Below are positions 57,431 through 64,000 of a stretch of DNA of 64,000 bases, piece by piece (within the stretch, counting starts at the first letter, position 1; every line of letters starts with the position of its first letter). Source of the DNA: an uncultured delta proteobacterium (GTDB lineage Bacteria; Myxococcota_A; Polyangia; Polyangiales; JAFGIB01); NCBI GenBank assembly GCA_963778655.1, contig CAVZVA010000010.1, forward strand, positions 960,001 to 1,024,000. The letters run 5' to 3'. A program made the position numbers and the translations under genes. The notes under the pieces were generated by a model. The model searched no databases and was not told the DNA's origin. It saw only the letters and a list, made by a program, of their open reading frames with translations.

Positions 57431-59084
57431 GATCGGCCTCCTCATTCGGGTCCCAGTCCTCGATGTAGTAGCGGTATCCCTGCTCGGTCAGGAAGAGCTG
57501 GCGGTGCAGGGCGTGCTGCTGATCCACGGTGTCGCGCGTGACCAGCGAGTAGAAGATCGCGCCACCAGGCTTGGGTCTGAGCACTCGGCCCAGGCGCTGC
57601 GCCTCTTCCTGACGTGAGCCCATCGTGCCGCTGAGCTGCACGAGCACGTTCGCCTCGGGCAAATCGATCGCGAAGTTGCCCACGCGTGAGAGCAACAGCC
57701 TGCGCTGCTCGCCGCGCCGAAACGCCGCGTAGTGACGCTCGCGCTCGGCGTGCGGCGTCTCTCCACTGATGACCGGCGCTCCGAGAAGCTTGCCCGCGGT
57801 CTTCAACGAATCGAGGTAACTGCCGAGCACCAGCAGGCGATCGCCGGCGTGGCGCTCGGCGAGCTCCTGCAGCGCGCGCAGCTTGAGCGGGTTCTCCGCG
57901 GCCAGGCGCGGTTGCTCGCGTGCATCGGCGGTGGCGTAGCTCGCCCGCAGCGCGTCCGGAAGCCCAACCCGCAGCTCGTAGCAGCTCGCAGCGGCGATGT
58001 GACCGGAGGTCTCGAGCTGTCGCCACGGGACGTCGTAGCGCTTGGGTCCGATTAGCGCGAACACGTCACCCTCTCGTTTGTCTTCGCGCACCAAGGTTGC
58101 GGTGAGGCCGAGCCGGCGCCTTGCCTGCAGCTCGGCCGTCAGGCGAAACACCGGCGCGGGCAACAGATGCACCTCGTCGTACACGACCAGGCCAAAGGGC
58201 TCGCGCGAAAGCCGGTCGAAATGCAGATGCCCGGTGGGACCCGAGCCGCCTCTGTGCGCGAGCATGCTGTACGTCGTGATTGTGAGCGGGCCCACGCGCT
58301 TCGAGCCACTCTCGTAGCTGCAAACGGCGTCTTCCCCCAGATCGGTCTTGTCCAGCAGCTCGCGACGCCACTGCGAGCATGCCTCGCGGCCGGTGGTGAT
58401 GACGAGCGTTCGGGTTTGGAGTGCGCGCACGGCGAGCATCGCCACAATGGTCTTGCCGGCGCCGCAGGGCAGCACGATCACCCCGTGTCCCCCACTCTGT
58501 GCAAAAGCCGCCGCCGCTTGCTCCTGGTACGGGTAGGGCGCAAAGCGCTCGCTTCGCAGTTGGAGCGCGAGCGGCGCGCCGGGCTTGAGCCCTGCGAGGT
58601 CCGTCACCGGAAAGCCGATCTTGAGCAGCGCCTGCTTGATCGCGCCGCGGTTGCGCGTCTCGATGAAGAACCCGTCCGGGCACGGCGACAGCATCTGTAC
58701 CACACGCTTCTCACCGGCCAGCCGCTCACGCACGAACGCATCGCGCACAGCAAGCCGCAGCCGGGACTCGTCGTCGCGACACTCGTGCAATGAGCACACC
58801 CCGTAGCGCGCGATGCAGTCCCGCACTTCATGCTCGAGATGACCAGGAAGCTCGAACCGACTCACGCCGCGAAGCGCGTCCAGTATCGCATCGGCGCTCA
58901 TACCGGTCGCTGCTGCGTTCCACAGCGACAAATCGCTGATGCGATAGGTGTGAACGTGCTCGGGCGACTTCTCGATCTCGGCAAAGCGTGCCAGTAGCTC
59001 GCGCGTGCGCTCGTAGTCCGGATGGTCCACCTCGACCAATATCGAACGATCCCCTTGCACAGTTGCTGCGCGCTGTGTGGTCAC
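57411..59084 (-). CDS. xpb: DNA repair helicase XPB (Ssl2/ERCC3-like)
   Basis: VQGDRSILVEV, KSPEHVHTYRI, LPCGAGKT, DEVH, GLTATLVRED and SRQEEAQRLGRVLRPK. Confidence 0.95.
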   Translation of the reverse strand: MTTQRAATVQGDRSILVEVDHPDYERTRELLARFAEIEKSPEHVHTYRISDLSLWNAAATGMSADAILDALRGVSRFELPGHLEHEVRDCIARYGVCSLHECRDDESRLRLAVRDAFVRERLAGEKRVVQMLSPCPDGFFIETRNRGAIKQALLKIGFPVTDLAGLKPGAPLALQLRSERFAPYPYQEQAAAAFAQSGGHGVIVLPCGAGKTIVAMLAVRALQTRTLVITTGREACSQWRRELLDKTDLGEDAVCSYESGSKRVGPLTITTYSMLAHRGGSGPTGHLHFDRLSREPFGLVVYDEVHLLPAPVFRLTAELQARRRLGLTATLVREDKREGDVFALIGPKRYDVPWRQLETSGHIAAASCYELRVGLPDALRASYATADAREQPRLAAENPLKLRALQELAERHAGDRLLVLGSYLDSLKTAGKLLGAPVISGETPHAERERHYAAFRRGEQRRLLLSRVGNFAIDLPEANVLVQLSGTMGSRQEEAQRLGRVLRPKPGGAIFYSLVTRDTVDQQHALHRQLFLTEQGYRYYIEDWDPNEEADHGPQLH

Positions 59085-59105
59085 GGTGGTGTCCCTGGTC
59101 GGCTC

Positions 59106-59230
59106 CTAGTTCTCCGCCCGCGACGTCGCTTTCCTCGAAAGGGGAGCTACCCTCCCTTCGTCAACCGACGCCCCGCTCGGCAACAGCTCGGATGCGATCA
59201 TCGGCCGACATCACCCGGGCGGAGGACTAG
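59106..59230. other. 125-nt structured element bounded by CTAG-ended inverted repeats (candidate ncRNA/leader or MITE)
   Basis: ctagttctccgcccg pairs with cgggcggaggactag; internal hairpin cgaaaggggag-ctacc-ctcccttcg. Confidence 0.5.
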
Positions 59231-59273
59231 CGCAAACCAAAATGCGACACAAGCCAGCACCGTGGCGCAGGCC

Positions 59274-60488
59274 TCAGGGCAAGGCCAGCACCTCGGCCAC
59301 CTCGTCGGCGCTGAAGCCGAGCAGAAACAGGATCGAGTCGAGGCCGCCTGCCGAAATCGAGGTGTCCGCTGCCGCGCGTACCTTGGTCTTGGCGCGAAAC
59401 GCGATGCCAAGCCCCGCCTTCTCCAGCATGCGCAGGTCGTTGGCACCGTCGCCGACCGCGATCACCTGGTCGAGCAGGATGCCTTCGGCCTGCGCGATGG
59501 TGTCGAGCAGCTCGGCCTTGCGCTCGGCGTTGACGATCGGCCCGACCACGTGCCCGGTCAGCTTGCCGTCCTGGACCTCGAGCGTGTTGGAATAGGCGTA
59601 GTCGATGCCGAGCAGCGCCTTGAGCGACTCGGCTGCGATCGAGAAGCCGCCGCTGATCACCGCGGTGCGATAGCCCAGGCGCTTGAGCGCGCGGACCAGC
59701 GTCTCGGCGCCCTCGGTCAGCGGCAGCGCGGCGGCCAGGCGCTTGAGCACGGCCACGTCCAGGCCCGCGAGCAGCGCGAGCCGCCTGCGCAGCGACTCGT
59801 CGTAGTCCATCTCGCCGGCCATGGCCTGCTCGGTCACGGCGGCGACCTGGTCGCGCACGCCGCGGGCGCGCGCCAGCTCGTCGATGATCTCGATCGTGAT
59901 CAAAGTGGAATCCATGTCCATCACGACCAGGCGCTTGCTGCGCCGGAACACCCCCTCGCGCTGCAGCGCGATGTCGAACGAGCTGCGCATCGCCAGTCGC
60001 AACAAGGCTTCCTTGAGCGGGCCGGCGCCGCGGTCACCCCCAGGCAGGTCGACGTGCACCTCGATCGAGCGCAGGTCCCCGTGCGAGAGCCCTCCGATCT
60101 TGGCGATGTTCGCGCCGTGGTCGGCCAGCACGGTGGAGAGCGCGTGGATCTCGGGCGCGCCCAGGCTCTTGCCGATGGCGGTGGCGACGTAACGGTCCGG
60201 ACGTCTGGGCGCGCCGGCTTGCAGCTGCTCGACCGGCATGAAGTCGAGGCTCATGCCCATCTCCTTGGCCGCGAACAGCAGCTCCTTGAGCACGCCGCGG
60301 TCTTCCTGGATGGCGATCAGCATGCCGAGCGACAGGTGGCGCTGCACCACCACCTGCTCGATGTCCAGCAGGTCCGCGCCCATCTGCGCGAGAATGCCTG
60401 TCAAGCGCGCGGTGATCCCGGGCCCGTCGGGCCCGGAGACCGAGACGATGACGTGGGATCGGGTTTCGGTCGGCTGCGAAGCTGGCAT
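59274..60488 (-). CDS. serB: Phosphoserine phosphatase with ACT domains
   Basis: SGPDGPGIT ACT domain, DMDSTLI HAD motif, ISGGF and VGDGANDL. Confidence 0.95.
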   Translation of the reverse strand: MPASQPTETRSHVIVSVSGPDGPGITARLTGILAQMGADLLDIEQVVVQRHLSLGMLIAIQEDRGVLKELLFAAKEMGMSLDFMPVEQLQAGAPRRPDRYVATAIGKSLGAPEIHALSTVLADHGANIAKIGGLSHGDLRSIEVHVDLPGGDRGAGPLKEALLRLAMRSSFDIALQREGVFRRSKRLVVMDMDSTLITIEIIDELARARGVRDQVAAVTEQAMAGEMDYDESLRRRLALLAGLDVAVLKRLAAALPLTEGAETLVRALKRLGYRTAVISGGFSIAAESLKALLGIDYAYSNTLEVQDGKLTGHVVGPIVNAERKAELLDTIAQAEGILLDQVIAVGDGANDLRMLEKAGLGIAFRAKTKVRAAADTSISAGGLDSILFLLGFSADEVAEVLALP

Positions 60489-60736
60489 GATTCCCCGCGT
60501 CGATGTGGGCGGACGCGAGCGGCTCGGAGCCCGCGATTTTGGAGCAAACGCTCCCCGGAGTCGAGCGGATCGCCCGCCGGCTCGCCGCGGCGGGAACCGG
60601 CGACGCTCACGGTTGTCGAAGGGCTGGGCGTGCTGGCTGTGCGTGCGGCTAGGCTCTGCCCGCGCCTTGCGGGCCGAAGGGGCGTGCAAGCTCCGCACAC
60701 CTGGCGCGGCTCACGCCGTCGAGCTGAGCCGCGCGC

Positions 60737-61495
60737 TCAGCGCCAGTACATGCCCTGGCGGCGCGGGCGCCAGTGCGCGGCGCGGTGCTGCGCGAGGTAG
60801 TCCTCGCGCGCGAACAGCTTGATCAGCAGCACGCCGGTGATGAAGCCGCCCACGTGCGCCCAGAACGCGACCCCGCCCTCGCTGCTGCCGAGCAGGCCGC
60901 CGAACACCTGCAGCGCGATCCAGTAGCCGACCATCACCCACGCCGGCAGTGCGATCGAGGTGATGAAGAAGCCAATAGGCACCAGCGTGAACACCCGCAC
61001 GCGCGGGTACAGGACCATGTAGGCGCCCATCACCCCGCTGATCGCGCCCGACGCGCCGACCATCGGATAGATCGACGCCGGATCGGAGAGTACCTGGGCC
61101 GCGGCCGCGCCGAGTCCGCTCAGCAGGTAGAAGGCGACGAAGCGCCCGCGGCCCATCGCGTCCTCGACGTTGTTGCCGAACAGCCACAGAAACCACATGT
61201 TCCCGATGATGTGCATCCAGCCCCCGTGCAGGAACATCGAGCTCAGGATGTGCAGCGGCGCGCGGCCAGGGTCGGTCAAGCAGGCGAGCCCGTTTCCCAT
61301 GGCGAAGCCCGAGCCGGGCGGCGCTCGTAGCGTGAGCTCGCCGGGGATCAGGCCGAGGTTGCAGACCGACGCCGCCAGCGCGTAGCTGCTGCCGGCGCCC
61401 TGCACGAATAGCCATACCAGCGTGTTGAGCGCGATGATCGCGATCGTCACGACGGGCGTGCGGATGGACTCGTTTTCGTCGCGGTAGGGGATCAC
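60737..61495 (-). CDS. Rhomboid intramembrane serine protease
   Basis: SMFLHGGWMHIIGNM, VGASGAI and AHVGGF. Confidence 0.93.
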   Translation of the reverse strand: MIPYRDENESIRTPVVTIAIIALNTLVWLFVQGAGSSYALAASVCNLGLIPGELTLRAPPGSGFAMGNGLACLTDPGRAPLHILSSMFLHGGWMHIIGNMWFLWLFGNNVEDAMGRGRFVAFYLLSGLGAAAAQVLSDPASIYPMVGASGAISGVMGAYMVLYPRVRVFTLVPIGFFITSIALPAWVMVGYWIALQVFGGLLGSSEGGVAFWAHVGGFITGVLLIKLFAREDYLAQHRAAHWRPRRQGMYWR

Positions 61496-61552
61496 TGTCC
61501 GATCCCTTAGCACGGTCCGCGGCCGCGCTCGATTCCGAAGCGGCCGCGGTCT

Positions 61553-62665
61553 TCAGAGCGTGCGCTTGAGCGAGGTCGTGGCCACGATGGTCATCGCCAG
61601 CGTGAACGCCGCCAGAAACATCACGTGCCCGCCGGCCGCCCGCAGGTCGCCGCCCCGAAACAGCACGGCTTTGAGCGCGGCGATGGCGTGGGTCTCGGGG
61701 TCGATCCACGCGATCGTGCGCAGCCATGGGGGAAAGCTCGCGAGTGGGTAGAGCGCGCCGCTGGGGAAGAACAGGATGACGTTGAGAAACCCGCCGAGCA
61801 CTCCGCTGATGCGCGGGTGGGTCGCGCGGCCCAGCACCGCCATCATCATCGCCAGCAGCCCGAAGGTGGTGAGCAGCTGCACCGAGAGCAGCGCCAGATA
61901 GCCGGCCAGACCGCCGTGCACGCGCCCGCCGGTGATGAGCAGGCCGCTCCACAGTACCACGCTGCTCGAGATCAGCGTCACCAGCGTGCCGCTGCCGAGC
62001 ACCCCGAGCGCGATGTCGAGGCGCCGCAGCGGGGTTGACAGGTAGCTCTCGTGCACGCCGAGAAAGCGATCCATCACCAGGTTGAAGCCGCCCGCGATCA
62101 TGCTGCCCATGAAGATCGCCATCACCACCACCGCGGGCACCAGCGAGGTGTCGTAGTCCACGCGCGGATAGATCTCCTGCGGCAGCACGCGCGGCCCGCC
62201 CAAGTGCAGCTCGAAGCGGGCCAGCGGTTGTTTCAGCGCCGGCAGCGTGCCCATCACCGCCGCCTCGAGCGCGCCCGCGGCCAGCGCGTCGACGTTGTCG
62301 ACGAAAAGCCCGATGGCGGGTGCCGCCCCGCGCGCTAGATCCGAGGAAAAGCGCTGCGGCACCACCAGAAAGCCCGACAGCTCCCCGCTGCGCAGCAACG
62401 ACATCCCGTGCTGCGGGTCGGAGAGCGAGACCAGGCGGATGGTGTGCGGGCCGCGCTCGACTGCCTGCAGCGCGCCGAGCAGCGCGCGCGCATCCGGGCC
62501 GCGATCGAAGCAAACCACGCCGAGCGGCAGGCCCTTGATCGGGCCCTGCAGCGAGTTGCCGAGGATCACCAGGTACAGCAGCGGCATCAGGATGGCGCTG
62601 AAAAGCGTCATCGGGTTGCGCAGCATGCGCCGCAGGTCGCGCTCGAGCACCGCCAGGGTTTTCAC
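61553..62665 (-). CDS. ABC-2 type permease
   Basis: Multi-TM protein, FPSGALYP and P.THA. Confidence 0.88.
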   Translation of the reverse strand: MKTLAVLERDLRRMLRNPMTLFSAILMPLLYLVILGNSLQGPIKGLPLGVVCFDRGPDARALLGALQAVERGPHTIRLVSLSDPQHGMSLLRSGELSGFLVVPQRFSSDLARGAAPAIGLFVDNVDALAAGALEAAVMGTLPALKQPLARFELHLGGPRVLPQEIYPRVDYDTSLVPAVVVMAIFMGSMIAGGFNLVMDRFLGVHESYLSTPLRRLDIALGVLGSGTLVTLISSSVVLWSGLLITGGRVHGGLAGYLALLSVQLLTTFGLLAMMMAVLGRATHPRISGVLGGFLNVILFFPSGALYPLASFPPWLRTIAWIDPETHAIAALKAVLFRGGDLRAAGGHVMFLAAFTLAMTIVATTSLKRTL

Positions 62666-63660
62666 GAGAATCGCCTCGGCAGCGCCGCGCGCCGTGCATC
62701 GCCCGGACCGGCTTGCGCGTCGCGCATGGAGCGGCCGGTCAGATGAATGAACACGTCCTCCAGGCTGATGCGGGTCATGCTGGTGGACAGCACCCTGGCG
62801 CCGCCGGCGGCGGCGGCCTCGATCAGGCGCGGCAGCAGCAGCGCCCCATCGTCGGCCTGCGCGGTCAGCCGCACCCCGTCGCGCTCGAGCCCGCGCATGC
62901 CGGGCAGTGCCGACAGCGTCTGTGCCAGCGCGTCTGCAAGCGGCGCATCCAGCGTTAGCTCCAGCGTGTCGGAGCCGGGCACCGAGGTTCTTAGCTCCGC
63001 TGGGGTGCCGATCGCGACGATGTGGCCTTGATCCACGATCGCAATGCGGTCGCACAGCACATCCGCCTCGTCCATGTAGTGGGTGGTCAGCGAGATGGTC
63101 AGCTCCCCGCCCGCGCGCAGCTCGCGCAGCAGGTCCCAGATCACGTGGCGGCTCTGCGGATCGAGCCCGATCGTGGGCTCGTCCAAAAACAGCACACGCG
63201 GCTTGTGGATCAGCCCGCGCGCGATCTCGAGCCGCCGGCGCATGCCGCCCGAATAGGTGCTGACCAGATCGTCGCGCCGGTCCCACAGCTCCACGCGCTT
63301 GAGCAGCTGCTCGATGCGCGGTCCGCGCACCGAGCGCGGCACCTCGAAGAACCGCGAGTAGATGTTGAGGTTCTCATAACCGCTCAGGTCCAGGTCGGAG
63401 GTGAGCGCCTGGGGCACCACGCTGATCGCGCGCCGCAGCGCGGTGGGATTGCGCTGTACGTCGACGCCGGCGACCGTGGCGCTGCCCGAGGTGATCGCCT
63501 GCAGCCCGGTCAGCATGCGGATCAGCGTGGTCTTGCCCGCGCCGTTGGGGCCGAGCAGCCCGAACAGCTCGCCCTCCTCCACCCGCAGGTCGATCCGGTC
63601 GACCGCGACCAGCTTGCCGAAGCGGCGCGTGAGCTGATGGGCCTCGATCGCGGCGCTCAC
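62662..63660 (-). CDS. ABC transporter ATP-binding protein (DrrA-like)
   Basis: GPNGAGKT, YSGGMRRR, LDEPT and TTHYMDEA. Confidence 0.93.
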   Translation of the reverse strand: MSAAIEAHQLTRRFGKLVAVDRIDLRVEEGELFGLLGPNGAGKTTLIRMLTGLQAITSGSATVAGVDVQRNPTALRRAISVVPQALTSDLDLSGYENLNIYSRFFEVPRSVRGPRIEQLLKRVELWDRRDDLVSTYSGGMRRRLEIARGLIHKPRVLFLDEPTIGLDPQSRHVIWDLLRELRAGGELTISLTTHYMDEADVLCDRIAIVDQGHIVAIGTPAELRTSVPGSDTLELTLDAPLADALAQTLSALPGMRGLERDGVRLTAQADDGALLLPRLIEAAAAGGARVLSTSMTRISLEDVFIHLTGRSMRDAQAGPGDARRAALPRRFS

Positions 63661-64000
63661 CGCGCGCCCCCGGCGCCGGCGATCGTCACCTCCGCCGTCA
63701 TCCCCGGACGCAGCTCGTCGTGGACCTTGTCCAGGCCCACCCGCACGCGGAACGTGCGCACGTCGGGCCGGCCGCGCTTGACGTCGCGGTTGATCGCGAA
63801 CTCGCCTTCGGCGCCGATCTCGCTCACGCGCCCAAAGTAGCGCCGCCCGGGAAATGCGCTCACCCGGATCTCGGCCTTGCGCCCCAGGCGCAACCCGTCG
63901 AGCGCGGTCTCCTCGACGTCGATGCGCACCCACTGGCGGGTGAGGTCTTCGACGCTGACCACCGGCGTGCCGGGCGCCGCCCACTCGCCAGCCTGCAGGC
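63657..64000 (-). CDS. HlyD-family membrane fusion protein, C-terminal part (runs off the window)
   Basis: PGTPVVSV, GRVSEI..EGEF, RTFRVRV and LRPGMTAEV. Confidence 0.8.
   Translation of the reverse strand, partial: LQAGEWAAPGTPVVSVEDLTRQWVRIDVEETALDGLRLGRKAEIRVSAFPGRRYFGRVSEIGAEGEFAINRDVKRGRPDVRTFRVRVGLDKVHDELRPGMTAEVTIAGAGGAR

Noticed and set aside
59106..59230. Hammerhead ribozyme, SRP RNA or tRNA
   Set aside because: UUGACGA resembles CUGANGA, but GAAA does not directly follow stem II and there is no UH cleavage site. There is also no SRP GGAA-loop motif or cloverleaf

Overview
GC-rich bacterial DNA whose gene content strongly suggests Myxococcota (Polyangia-like). The indicators are Cys-rich lipoproteins with Gly/Thr linkers, two eukaryote-like Ser/Thr kinases and a TonB-C/TonB-dependent receptor fusion. 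About 56 CDS are supported. Housekeeping and metabolic genes include an M16 peptidase pair, hemY-like, hslO, fadD, an SDR, a crotonase, pckG, lgt, ychF, serB and a rhomboid. DNA repair genes are ada-alkA/ogt and an XPB helicase with a Helicase_C_3/WYL-like partner. Transport genes include a FadL-like porin, a heterodimeric ABC exporter, a CzcCBA-type RND pump with a CzcI-like leader gene, a KirBac channel and an ABC-2/HlyD operon. A VapBC module with a visible operator is also present. I found no rRNA, tRNA, CRISPR array or intact transposase. The best candidates for uncharacterised systems are: (i) a ubiquitin-like MoaD/ThiS protein with a cytoplasmic BNR beta-propeller and a heterodimeric ABC exporter, with no E1 in the window; (ii) the XPB plus WYL-like partner pair, preceded by a 125-nt structured inverted-repeat element; (iii) a HemY homologue lacking its central helical domain; (iv) a Coq4-motif protein; (v) a DUF2089 three-gene module with a palindromic operator; (vi) two receptor-kinase modules. 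All family assignments come from motifs recognised by eye, not database searches.
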